From an uncultured Mageeibacillus sp. (lineage in GTDB: Bacteria > Bacillota > Clostridia > Saccharofermentanales > DTU023): DNA of 42,640 nt. The stretch is taken from the NCBI GenBank assembly GCA_964345335.1, contig CAYFQU010000003.1, positions 4,294-46,933 on the forward strand, given 5' to 3'. Position 1 is the stretch's first letter, and each line of letters begins with the position of its first letter. Below are positions 1-8,708 of this stretch, piece by piece. The notes below the pieces were generated by a model. It saw only the letters and a list, made by a program, of their open reading frames with translations. It did no database searches and had not been told where the DNA came from. The translations under genes and the position numbers were made by a program.

Positions 1-780
1 TAAACGATTTGTATATTCAAAAACTAAAAACAAAAAAGTTCCGACTACAATCAAAATAGCAGACATCGATAAAACTAATTTCGTATGTGTTGAAACCTGA
101 TGATGACGTTTACGAAATAATATCTCCTGTGTAACCAGGAAACCCAGCCCTCCTATGATGACCAAAGCCATAATGGTATAAATCACAATAATGTCATCTC
201 GCAAGGGATACATGGAATCGCCCAACACATCATAACCTGCATTGCAAAAAGCTGAAATCGAATGAAAAATAGCATACCAAATGCCGTTTAGCCAACCATA
301 TAGAGGAATAAACCGGCTGGCCAATAAAATCATGCCGACAGCTTCCGTGGTCATCGTAAAAGCCAAAACATATTTTAAAAGGCGTACGACCCCACCTAAT
401 GTATCTAAATTTAACTGTTCTTTAAGAATTTGCCGGCTGACCAGACCGATTTTTTTGTGCATGACTAAAGGGAAAGCCGTCGCCATCGTCATGATGCCCA
501 AACCGCCGATTTGAATTAAAATAATAATGATCAGCTGACCGACAAAATTGAAAGTATCAGCCGTGTTGACAACAGTCAAACCTGTTACGCAGGAAGCCGA
601 TCCGGCAGTAAACAGAGCATTGACAAAACCGATGGAAATATGTCGTCTGGTCACAAAGGGTAAACTTAACAGGCCAGCTCCAATAAAGATCAGAACAGCA
701 AATCCCAACAGTAAAAAGAGAAATGGATTCAATTGAATCGCATCCATTCTTTTATGTATTCTTCTGGATAATTTATGCAT
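1..780 (-). CDS. TrkH/KtrB-family K+ transporter membrane subunit. N-terminus at 780; the gene runs off the window at position 1 (partial).
   Basis: Hand translation of the minus strand from the ATG at 780..778, preceded by a GGAGAGG ribosome-binding site, gives an open frame for 260 codons. It starts MHKLSRRIHKRMDAIQLNPFLFLLLGFAVLIFIGAGLLSLPF and contains repeated glycine filter-like motifs (IQIGGLGIMT, IIGGLGFLV) typical of TrkH/KtrB. The plus-strand ORFs listed at 281..911 are antisense artefacts. Confidence 0.7.
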   Translation of the reverse strand, partial: MHKLSRRIHKRMDAIQLNPFLFLLLGFAVLIFIGAGLLSLPFVTRRHISIGFVNALFTAGSASCVTGLTVVNTADTFNFVGQLIIIILIQIGGLGIMTMATAFPLVMHKKIGLVSRQILKEQLNLDTLGGVVRLLKYVLAFTMTTEAVGMILLASRFIPLYGWLNGIWYAIFHSISAFCNAGYDVLGDSMYPLRDDIIVIYTIMALVIIGGLGFLVTQEILFRKRHHQVSTHTKLVLSMSAILIVVGTFLFLVFEYTNRL

Positions 781-879
781 GCCTCTCCTGTTTCAACCAA
801 AGTCAATCACTGATTAAGATCACTAAGATCTCAATGCATAGCTTTGTTATTATCTACCAGAGTATCAATATTTACAAGT

Positions 880-1773
880 TCAATTCAAAATATCATATGA
901 ATCTTTTATGAGATGAACTTTTCTTTGCGGAAATGGAATCTCGATATCATTGCTGATAAATGCTTTATAAATCGCCTCCCGCATTTTTGTTTTTGTCACC
1001 GTGAAATCAATCGGCGAAACCGGAGCTGCAATGAAAAATTCAACACTGCTTTCATTTAATTTTTTCACTCCAACCGAGATAGGCTTATCCTGTAAAACAT
1101 TTTCCTGCTCACGAACCGTTTGAACAATAATCTGCTTGACCAGATCAATATCACTGCCATAAGCAACCCCTACTTCTATATCTGTATAAACAAAATCTGA
1201 CTGTGACAAATTCTTTATCTTATACTGTGATATTTTCCCGTTCGGAATGATGACAACAATATTCTTTTTATTTTTTAAATAGGTATCAAAAAGTTTGACT
1301 TGCTCAACCTCATAGATATCATCATCACCTTCGATAAAAACCTGGTCGCCTTCCATAATAGGCTTGGTCAAAAGCAAAATGATGCCGGATGCTAAATCCG
1401 TCAAGGAGCCTTTCAAAGCTAAAGCCAATGCTAAGCCGAAAGAGGCTATAAACGCAATGATTGAACCGGTGTTAATACCGACTTTGTTGGCAGCCACCGT
1501 AATCAAAACGGAATATAAAATAAATTTAAGGATGATCTCAATATAATGAATGCCTGATTTATTGGCGCCGCTTTTTTGCATGATTTTTTTGATGAGCCCA
1601 ATAATACCTTTAATGATAATAAAACCGATGAGCAAAATGATAATGACTTTTAAAAAATTCTCCCCTATCTGCATCAAGTGACTTTTTGTCCAAAAAGACG
1701 GCGAGGTTAGTTCTTCAATTGCTTCAGCCGCATTTCCTAAATGTTCATTTGCTCTTTCAATCTGATTTTCCAT
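880..1773 (-). CDS. mscS: Small-conductance mechanosensitive channel (MscS family)
   Basis: 297 aa with N-terminal transmembrane helices and the conserved MscS pore-helix region (GSIIAFIASFGLALALALKGSLTDLASGIILLL), followed by a beta-domain. Confidence 0.8.
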   Translation of the reverse strand: MENQIERANEHLGNAAEAIEELTSPSFWTKSHLMQIGENFLKVIIILLIGFIIIKGIIGLIKKIMQKSGANKSGIHYIEIILKFILYSVLITVAANKVGINTGSIIAFIASFGLALALALKGSLTDLASGIILLLTKPIMEGDQVFIEGDDDIYEVEQVKLFDTYLKNKKNIVVIIPNGKISQYKIKNLSQSDFVYTDIEVGVAYGSDIDLVKQIIVQTVREQENVLQDKPISVGVKKLNESSVEFFIAAPVSPIDFTVTKTKMREAIYKAFISNDIEIPFPQRKVHLIKDSYDILN

Positions 1774-1867
1774 CTGCTTACCTTTTCATGATCTTATGAT
1801 CTTTCATTCTGTTTATGCTCTGCCATGGTACAATTTTCGTTGATAAAGAAAATCATAACAAAAAGCA

Positions 1868-1901
1868 AAAGCACCAAGAGATGATAGACCTTTGGTGCTT
1901 T
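1868..1901 (-). terminator. Rho-independent terminator downstream of mscL
   Basis: Perfect 10-bp stem AAAGCACCAA/TTGGTGCTTT with a 14-nt loop. On the minus strand it is followed by a T-rich run (TTTTGCTTTTTGTT). Confidence 0.6.
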
Positions 1902-1925
1902 CTTTATCGTCAGATCAAAACAGCA

Positions 1926-2348
1926 TTATTTTTTGGCTAATAAATCTCTGATTTCTTCCAATAAAACAATATCTTCCGCTTTTGCAGCAGGTTCTTCCGC
2001 AGCTGCTTCTTGTTCTTTTTGTAATTTGCTGTGCAGCTTATTTAGGCCTTTAACCATTAAGAAAATAAACAAAGCGATCAATAAAAAGTTGATAATCGTT
2101 TGGATCAAAGCACCATAGCCGATCGCCAATTCAGGTTTGATCACCTCTCCGGCTTCTATAACCGCAGGTTTAATCACATATTTCATCTGACTTAAGCTGA
2201 TATCTCCCAAAATCAAACCGATCAAGGGCATTAAAATATCCGCCACAAAGCTGTCAACAATCGCTTTAAAAGCACCGCCCATGACAACGCCAATCGCTAA
2301 GTCCATTACATTGCCTCTGGCAATAAATTCTTTAAATTCTTTAAACAT
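1926..2348 (-). CDS. mscL: Large-conductance mechanosensitive channel MscL
   Basis: 140 aa. N-terminus MFKEFKEFIARGNVMDLAIGVVMGGAFKAIV is the MscL signature. Confidence 0.9.
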   Translation of the reverse strand: MFKEFKEFIARGNVMDLAIGVVMGGAFKAIVDSFVADILMPLIGLILGDISLSQMKYVIKPAVIEAGEVIKPELAIGYGALIQTIINFLLIALFIFLMVKGLNKLHSKLQKEQEAAAEEPAAKAEDIVLLEEIRDLLAKK

Positions 2349-2393
2349 TGGAAATCTCCTCTTTCTTATTTTTTACTTCATTTTTATAACACA

Positions 2394-3971
2394 TCAATCC
2401 TGCCAATTCAGTAACATATATGCCTTTTGCGCATAATCGGTTAAATGTTGCGGCAGAACATTGCGTATGCCCTTGTCTTCCGCAGCGAGATCCGCTAATA
2501 AGCCATGGAAGAAGACGCCAAGAGACGCTGCTTTTTCCGCTTCGGGATATTGTGCGGCAAAACCCAATATAAGACCGGTCAGCACATCTCCTGAACCGGC
2601 CTTGGCCAATCCCGGATTGCCGGTGCTGTTCAAGTATACTTTACCGTCAGGTAAAGCAATAACCGTGACATGCCCCTTCAAAACAATGATGCATTGACTT
2701 CGTTTTGCTAATATTGCGGCTGCCGTCTGTCTGTCTTTCTTTAAGAGCGATTTCAAATCCGGTGCAATTCTGGCAAATTCTCCCGGATGAGGCGTCAGAA
2801 TAGCAGGCTGCAAGCCCAATTCAGCACGCTCTTGACCATAGCTTTGCCAATTTTCAACTGTTGCCAGAACATTCAAGGCATCAGCATCAATAATTAGCCG
2901 TTCGGCTTGTTGAAATAAAACGGATAAGATTTCAGAAATCCAATTTGCCTTGCCGATACCGGGACCTATCGCAACAGCATCAACCGTTTCCAATAAATTT
3001 GACCAAGTTTTTTGTTCTTTAGGAAGAAGGTCAATTAAAGAATTAGGATATTCTCTTAATAGATCATACAGTGCGGTTTCATCAGAACGGACATAAGCAT
3101 AGCCGATGCCGGTAGCATGTACCGCTCGCAAAGCAAGCAGCAAAGCGCCTTGCATACCTGCCGAACCACCTAATAATAAACCCTTGCCAAAATTACCTTT
3201 ATGAGAGAGAACATGCCGCGGTTTTTCCAGATCGATAAAGGTTCTTTCGGTCAGAATTTCGGGCAAACTAATTTGCTGTTCTTGTTCCAAACACTTTAAG
3301 CTCCGCCGCAGCCAGCTTTCAGACATGCTGATAGGCTCAATTTTTATTTCTCCGGCATAACGATTGCCGGGATCTGCAATTAAACCGATTTTCGGAGTGC
3401 TGAAGGTCACAGTCTGATGTGCCTGAAAGACAATACGATCACAAGCTCCTGTATCACTTTCAATTCCGGTCGGAATATCAATCGCGATTCTCAGGACATT
3501 TGGCAAATGATTAACTTGATCAATTAAAGCCGCCAACTCATCAGACAAAGGTCTTTGCAAAGAAAAACCGGTACCTAAAATACCGTCAACAATGATGTCA
3601 ATTTCGGCAGGGTCGAGCTCTTGCCATTGATTGATCTCCCCGTTCAAGGCTAAATAAGCCGCTTTATTCGCAGCGGCATCCGTACTGTATTGTTTTTCTG
3701 GGAAAAGCTCTACGATTTTTATTTGATAGGGATCACTTAATAATTGTCTTGCAGAAGCAAAAGCATCCCCTGCATTATTACCTGCTCCTACTAAAAAAAC
3801 AATTAATTTTTTTTCATTTCCCGCATGATCTCGGATTTGTTCAGTAAGACCCCGGGCAGCCTGCTCCATCAAAATTAAGGATGGCAATCCGGTATCCTGA
3901 ACAAATTTTCTGTCTAAAAATTGCTGTGCAATCCGATTGATCGTTGGTATTGTCTGCTTTAGTTTTTTCAT
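2394..3971 (-). CDS. nnr: Bifunctional NAD(P)H-hydrate repair enzyme Nnr (epimerase + ADP-dependent dehydratase)
   Basis: 525 aa. YjeF-N-like N-terminal half (VFLVGAGNNAGDAF) and YjeF-C carbohydrate-kinase-like C-terminal half (GSGDVLTGLILGF). Confidence 0.8.
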   Translation of the reverse strand: MKKLKQTIPTINRIAQQFLDRKFVQDTGLPSLILMEQAARGLTEQIRDHAGNEKKLIVFLVGAGNNAGDAFASARQLLSDPYQIKIVELFPEKQYSTDAAANKAAYLALNGEINQWQELDPAEIDIIVDGILGTGFSLQRPLSDELAALIDQVNHLPNVLRIAIDIPTGIESDTGACDRIVFQAHQTVTFSTPKIGLIADPGNRYAGEIKIEPISMSESWLRRSLKCLEQEQQISLPEILTERTFIDLEKPRHVLSHKGNFGKGLLLGGSAGMQGALLLALRAVHATGIGYAYVRSDETALYDLLREYPNSLIDLLPKEQKTWSNLLETVDAVAIGPGIGKANWISEILSVLFQQAERLIIDADALNVLATVENWQSYGQERAELGLQPAILTPHPGEFARIAPDLKSLLKKDRQTAAAILAKRSQCIIVLKGHVTVIALPDGKVYLNSTGNPGLAKAGSGDVLTGLILGFAAQYPEAEKAASLGVFFHGLLADLAAEDKGIRNVLPQHLTDYAQKAYMLLNWQD

Positions 3972-3983
3972 TTTTTATAAAAT

Positions 3984-4009
3984 AAAACCGGATACCAAGA
4001 TCCGGTTTT
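3984..4009 (-). terminator. Rho-independent terminator after trxA; could act in both directions
   Basis: Stem AAAACCGGAT/ATCCGGTTTT with a 6-nt loop. It is flanked by T-runs on both strands. Confidence 0.55.
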
Positions 4010-4031
4010 TCCTTTTTTAACTTCTCTAAGA

Positions 4032-4361
4032 TTATAAGTATTTATCCAAAGCTGCGGTCAATTCTTCATAAGGTCTGGCACCGACTAACTTTTCAACAAT
4101 TTCACCTTTATTAAAGATATAAATTGTCGGGATGGATAAAACTCTGAATCTTTCAGCCAAAGCACCCTGTTCATCGACATTGATCTTGCCGACCTTCGCT
4201 TTGCCTGCATAAGCTTCACTGATTTTATCGACAACCGGGCCAACCATACGGCAAGGGCCACACCAAGCTGCCCAAAAGTCAACTAATACCGGAACATCAC
4301 TGTTAATCACTTCCTGCTCAAAATTATCAACTGTAATTTCTAATGCCATAATATCCTCCAA
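4032..4361 (-). CDS. trxA: Thioredoxin
   Basis: 109 aa with the WCGPC active-site motif. GGAGG ribosome-binding site upstream. Confidence 0.9.
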   Translation of the reverse strand: MEDIMALEITVDNFEQEVINSDVPVLVDFWAAWCGPCRMVGPVVDKISEAYAGKAKVGKINVDEQGALAERFRVLSIPTIYIFNKGEIVEKLVGARPYEELTAALDKYL

Positions 4362-4376
4362 ATTAAATCATCTGCT

Positions 4377-4411
4377 AAAACGGATACAATCAACTTCCCA
4401 TCCGTTTTTTT
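4377..4411. terminator. Hairpin with a U-tract; strand assignment ambiguous
   Basis: 7-bp stem AACGGAT/ATCCGTT followed by TTTTTTT on the plus strand and by AAAA (TTTT on the minus strand) on the other side. It lies between the uridine-kinase-like gene and trxA, both on the minus strand. It is either a weak terminator for the upstream gene or a 5'-UTR structure of trxA. Confidence 0.35.
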
Positions 4412-4568
4412 ATACTTTGTTTATTAGTATAATCCAGATAGTCCGAAATCCTCGTAACAGTTGAAACCTTTTCTAAAAGACAATGAACGACACAGTAAAA
4501 TTCAGTCGAAGTTATAAAAATTTTTAAACTGTTCACCATTTCTCATCAGCAAATTTTCTGCTAAAAAA

Positions 4569-5576
4569 TCAAATAAATTCCTGCAAAATAGAATCCGGCG
4601 GGACAACACTGGGATTGACTCTCGGGATTTCATTGCAGGCATCCAATAAGCGCTTTGCGGTTTTTACGGCACGTTCCAAGTCGGCATAATAAAGTCCCGG
4701 CTTAACACTGTCTGACGGAGGCAATTCTCCCGTTTCATATAATTTCAGAGAAATTTTAATCTGCTCTCTTGCTTTCGGTACAATCACCGAATATTCATAC
4801 GGCAAGGCTGAATTAACATAAAAATCAGCGGTTTTTAAATAGCCCGGTATAAATTTTTCTTCCGCCGCGGCAATCATCGGCCAGAAATCAATGGTCGATA
4901 TAGCTGTCGCTCCGCGATGAAATACATCACGGCTCAGTCTTCTTAAAATACGCATATCCGTTTTATTTAAAATTGAATCGTCGGAATATAATTTGGCATT
5001 GGGCATAATAAAGATTTTCACAGCACGCGAGGCATCAATTTTTTCAAATATTCTGGGAGATAAGCCGTGCAAACCTTCGATCATATAAACATCATCCGGC
5101 TGTGGGCGAATCACTTTATGCGCTTCAAAATATCTCGATCTCGTCTTGAAATCAAAGGTGGGAATCCGCACCTGTTCCATATTTTGAAGTTTATGCAAAT
5201 CTTCATAAAAGATATCCATATCCAAAGTTTCAATACTTTCATAATCCGGACGGCCTTCCGCATCATAAATCGGCTCTGACAATTTGTAATAATCGTCTAA
5301 AGAAATCAATCTGGTCGTACGTCCTGCCGCGGTTAAACCTTTGGAAAACAAACTTGAAAAAGTCGTTTTGCCGGAAGAAGTCGGACCCGAAACAAAAACC
5401 ATTCTGATTTGTTCATTTTGTAAAACATAATCCGAAATAACAGCCACTTGTTTTTTAAAATCCGCTTCGCATTCCGCTACAAAATCCAAGAACTTTTTAC
5501 TCCCTAATTTATTTTCTAAATCTCCGACTGAAATAACTTGTTCCGGTCCTAATTCCGCCATAATTTCTCCTATCAT
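4569..5576 (-). CDS. Uridine-kinase / phosphoribulokinase-family nucleoside kinase-like P-loop protein
   Basis: 335 aa. Walker A GPTSSGKTT, followed by a C-terminal extension of about 120 aa. Family-level call only. Confidence 0.55.
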   Translation of the reverse strand: MIGEIMAELGPEQVISVGDLENKLGSKKFLDFVAECEADFKKQVAVISDYVLQNEQIRMVFVSGPTSSGKTTFSSLFSKGLTAAGRTTRLISLDDYYKLSEPIYDAEGRPDYESIETLDMDIFYEDLHKLQNMEQVRIPTFDFKTRSRYFEAHKVIRPQPDDVYMIEGLHGLSPRIFEKIDASRAVKIFIMPNAKLYSDDSILNKTDMRILRRLSRDVFHRGATAISTIDFWPMIAAAEEKFIPGYLKTADFYVNSALPYEYSVIVPKAREQIKISLKLYETGELPPSDSVKPGLYYADLERAVKTAKRLLDACNEIPRVNPSVVPPDSILQEFI

Positions 5577-5579
5577 GAT

Positions 5580-6404
5580 TCAGGATATATTGATTTGATC
5601 ACCCGGCTTTTCCGGATAGATCACTATTTTCCTATTTTGCCAATGCCGATCTTGTTTCGTATATTCTTTAAAAGTAGCAATCTCAAGCGAGCCATTTTCC
5701 ATTTTCTGCTGCATGACTTGACTGAAATTTCGATAATAGTCGGGGTAGCCATAACCATGCATAGGAATAATCATCTCCGGCTGCAGCATGTCAATCATCC
5801 GCTTTGCTCCGTTCAGCAGCGGTTCTTCCTGATAACCATCACTTGTCCCGCTTGGTAAAAAAACAATTTTAGTCGGCTTGAATAATATTTTCTGCTGTTT
5901 CAGCCAGTTGTATTCTGTGTCAAATCCACGGTAAAATTCCGGAAAGTCATCCCAAACAGCTAAATCCGCTCCATAATATATAGAAAAATCGCTGCCTATC
6001 GGTTCAAAAAGGATAGAACCTCCCTGATCGGTCGAACCGGTATTTGCTATTTTGATGTTTTCAACAATACTGACGGTGTGGGGCAATAAGCGGTGAAAAT
6101 TCTTATCTTTCATATAAGACGACAGTTTAAATTGTTGTTCATCAGACAAAATAAAAGGTATATCATGCTGCAAAAAAGTCTTCGCCAAACCGGCATCAAA
6201 ATGATCCGCATGGCGATGTGAAGCATAACCGATCAAGCTCCGCTTTGCAGTTTGTTGATCTTGTAAGTACTGATCTAAATCAAAAACTCCCTGTCTTAAT
6301 GCTCCATGAGCCGGACGTTGCGGTACAGCCCCGTAGTCTAATAAAAGCAGCTGTTGCTCTGTTTCTATCAAAAATGAACTGTGATCTAAATATGTAATCT
6401 TCAA
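5580..6404 (-). CDS. MBL-fold metallo-hydrolase
   Basis: 274 aa with the HRHADH (HxHxDH) metal-binding motif. Confidence 0.65.
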   Translation of the reverse strand: MKITYLDHSSFLIETEQQLLLLDYGAVPQRPAHGALRQGVFDLDQYLQDQQTAKRSLIGYASHRHADHFDAGLAKTFLQHDIPFILSDEQQFKLSSYMKDKNFHRLLPHTVSIVENIKIANTGSTDQGGSILFEPIGSDFSIYYGADLAVWDDFPEFYRGFDTEYNWLKQQKILFKPTKIVFLPSGTSDGYQEEPLLNGAKRMIDMLQPEMIIPMHGYGYPDYYRNFSQVMQQKMENGSLEIATFKEYTKQDRHWQNRKIVIYPEKPGDQINIS

Positions 6405-6446
6405 TTTATCTGCACCTGACTTATCAATATTTTTTTACAGTATAAC

Positions 6447-6480
6447 AAAAAAAAGCAGTTCCGAGGAATATCGGAACTGC
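6447..6480 (-). terminator. Rho-independent terminator for the gene at 6599..7357
   Basis: Perfect 9-bp stem GCAGTTCCG/CGGAACTGC with an 8-nt loop. It is followed on the minus strand by an 8-nt T-run. Confidence 0.7.
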
Positions 6481-6598
6481 TCAAACATTGGAGGAGAAAA
6501 GTATGAAATTGAAATTAACTGGTTCTCATACTCCAATTATGCCCTGATTAATTGTACAAACTAAAACATAAATGTAACAAAATTAAGAACTTTTCAAA

Positions 6599-7357
6599 TT
6601 AAGGTAATTCGATAATTTGTTCTAAATCCGCCAAGTCATCCATTGTTTTGTTTTTGATCAAATAACCGCCCTGACCCGGCACAGCTACCCGCAGAAAATT
6701 ATTTGCATAGTCTACATCACCTTTTTCTTGTAAAGCCTCGGCTCGGACTTCACTGAACACCAGGAAAATTTCTCGCACCTGCTCTTTAGTAAGCTTTTCA
6801 TCCGTAATTAAATCTAAATGTGAATTGTCCATATTGGAGAGAACAAAGCCTTCATCAAAATCAATTGATTTTTTCAGCTCGCCTAAATCCTCCGCTTGCT
6901 GAAATTTTTCGGTAATCAATACACGCTGCTGATCTCTTTTTATTGTGAACGGCAAGGTTACAGCCAGGAAAGCGACGATCAGAACCACAAAGATAGCGAT
7001 CATGACAAACACTTGTTTTTTTGATAATTTCACATCCGGGATGGATTTCTTCACAACTTGATATTGAGGTTTTGCTACCTTTTCTTTTTTCTTTTGCTGC
7101 ACTTCTAATTTTTTTAAAGCAGCAGCATTGTTATTGACCGGAGAGCCTTCCGGAATATATTCCGGCTGTTCTTCATTCGGGAATTCATAGGCTGTCGGGT
7201 TTTTAGCGATCTCCAAAGCTTCTGCCGACGGGAAAACACAATTACAGAATAAACAATGGCATTTTTCTTTTTTCTCATCGACAAAAACAATTGAACCACA
7301 GTTTTTACATATACCTTGTTGCATGCAATACCTCACCTGAAAATTTGCTGATTTCAA
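6599..7357 (-). CDS. Hypothetical single-pass membrane protein with an N-terminal zinc ribbon
   Basis: 252 aa. CKNCG ... CHCLFCNC cysteine cluster at the N-terminus, a Lys-rich linker, one transmembrane helix (VFVMIAIFVVLIVAFLAVTLPF) and an extracytoplasmic domain of about 110 aa. Confidence 0.5.
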   Translation of the reverse strand: MKSANFQVRYCMQQGICKNCGSIVFVDEKKEKCHCLFCNCVFPSAEALEIAKNPTAYEFPNEEQPEYIPEGSPVNNNAAALKKLEVQQKKKEKVAKPQYQVVKKSIPDVKLSKKQVFVMIAIFVVLIVAFLAVTLPFTIKRDQQRVLITEKFQQAEDLGELKKSIDFDEGFVLSNMDNSHLDLITDEKLTKEQVREIFLVFSEVRAEALQEKGDVDYANNFLRVAVPGQGGYLIKNKTMDDLADLEQIIELP

Positions 7358-7435
7358 AGATTTATTATCAAATCAATTTTTACTTATGCTATTATAGATA
7401 TCACTTTATTAATTGGCAAGTTTAGGAGTCAAGGT

Positions 7436-7951
7436 TTGAACGACGAAACTTTATATTTTATGCAAAAAGCTTTAGAAGAGGCAAAAATTGCGGCTCTGCA
7501 CGATGATGTTCCGATCGGAGCGGTGATCGTGAAAAATCATAAAATCATAGCCCGGGCTCATAATCAGCGCGAATTGAATCATGATACAACCGCGCATGCG
7601 GAAATCAGAGCCATTCAGCTTGCCGGAGAATATTTACAGGCTTGGATTTTAAATGACTGTCAACTTTATGTAACCCTAGAACCTTGTATTATGTGCTTTG
7701 GGGCAATTATTCAAGCCCGTATACCAGAAATTTATTTTGGAGCTTATGATCCGAAAACCGGTGCCTGCGGATCACATCCCGATCTAGCCAATTTAAAAAA
7801 TACTTCAGTCAATCATCATTCTTCGTTTATCGGTGGCATAATGGAAGAAGAATGTAGCTTTTTATTAAAAGAATTTTTTAAACAAAGAAGAATTGAAAAG
7901 AAAAATCAAAACCTTCTTGGGAGTATCTATGACAAAACAATTACAGGATAA
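7436..7951 (+). CDS. tadA: tRNA adenosine(34) deaminase TadA
   Basis: HAEIRAI and PCIMC zinc-binding motifs. The N-terminus NDETLYFMQKALEEAKIA aligns with the B. subtilis TadA N-terminus, which implies a TTG start at 7436 with an AGGAG ribosome-binding site 7 nt upstream. Confidence 0.85.
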   Translation: MNDETLYFMQKALEEAKIAALHDDVPIGAVIVKNHKIIARAHNQRELNHDTTAHAEIRAIQLAGEYLQAWILNDCQLYVTLEPCIMCFGAIIQARIPEIYFGAYDPKTGACGSHPDLANLKNTSVNHHSSFIGGIMEEECSFLLKEFFKQRRIEKKNQNLLGSIYDKTITG

Positions 7952-8684
7952 AAAATCTGTTAATCCGAATAAATCTAATCATCATAAATCTTTACCCCAA
8001 AAACGGTCATTCTGGGGCAAATGTATTGCCCTGTTTACCAATATCATCATCAAGGCTTGTGCCGAGGTTGAGTATGTGGGCAAAGAAAATATTCCACAAA
8101 GTATTCCTTATGTCTTAGCACCCAATCATCAAACCTATATTGACGGATTATTTGTCGCCGGCGGATTGCCTAAAGGTCATTTCGAGCACTTTTCGGCTTT
8201 GATCGGTGCTGATTTAAGAACAGATCACGGTTTAATCGGTAAATTAATTGCACCTGTCGCCCGCGGTATTGAAGTGGAGCGTTACGGCAATCCGGTCAGG
8301 GGTTTGGTCATGGCTTATCGTGCTTGCCGAGCCGGCAATATCATCATGGTACATCCGGAAGGCACCAGAACACATGACGGTTATCTTGCTCCTTTGCAGA
8401 GCGGTGCAGCCTATATCGCTCTCAAAAGCCACGTCCCCCTAATCCCCGTCTTCATCGAGGGAGGTTATGATTTCTTTTCCCGCCATGATAAAAGACCGCG
8501 CCTCAGAAATCCTGAAACAAAGCAGAAGTTTAAAATTCGTGTAGTTTATGGAGAACCTTTACATGCAGAAGATTTTGCCGATGCCCATGCTTTAAATACA
8601 GCTTTAGAAACGACCTTAAAAAAGATGGAAGCCGATTTTCTAAAAAGATGCAAAGGAAAAATCCGCAGCGAAAAAACGAAATAG
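7929..8684 (+). CDS. plsC: 1-acyl-sn-glycerol-3-phosphate acyltransferase (lysophospholipid acyltransferase family)
   Basis: NHQTYIDG (HX4D) and PEGTR acyltransferase motifs. The start is set to the ATG at 7929 (MTKQLQ), which is preceded by GGGAG, rather than the upstream in-frame ATG at 7893. It overlaps the end of tadA by 23 nt. Confidence 0.7.
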   Translation: MTKQLQDKKSVNPNKSNHHKSLPQKRSFWGKCIALFTNIIIKACAEVEYVGKENIPQSIPYVLAPNHQTYIDGLFVAGGLPKGHFEHFSALIGADLRTDHGLIGKLIAPVARGIEVERYGNPVRGLVMAYRACRAGNIIMVHPEGTRTHDGYLAPLQSGAAYIALKSHVPLIPVFIEGGYDFFSRHDKRPRLRNPETKQKFKIRVVYGEPLHAEDFADAHALNTALETTLKKMEADFLKRCKGKIRSEKTK

Positions 8685-8708
8685 ACAATTCAATTTGCCT
8701 GAAGCATT

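Noticed and set aside
780-880. Looked for a c-di-AMP (ydaO/kimA-type) riboswitch upstream of the K+ transporter gene.
   Set aside because: Only about 100 nt separate the ktrB-like start from the mscS stop. This is too short for the roughly 130-nt aptamer, and the characteristic ACGGGG/CCCGT pseudo-symmetric elements are not visible.
281-911. Plus-strand ORFs of 62-77 aa at 281..514, 548..736 and 723..911.
   Set aside because: They are antisense to the clearly coding TrkH/KtrB-like gene (minus strand, 1..780) and have no ribosome-binding sites.
6503-6547. A 14-codon plus-strand ORF (MKLKLTGSHTPIMP) with a strong GGAGGAG ribosome-binding site. It lies right after the terminator hairpin, in the 3'-UTR region of the minus-strand gene.
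   Set aside because: It is too short to evaluate, and no plus-strand gene or convincing promoter lies upstream. It is most likely a chance ORF in AT-rich intergenic DNA. Only ribosome profiling or conservation could rescue it.
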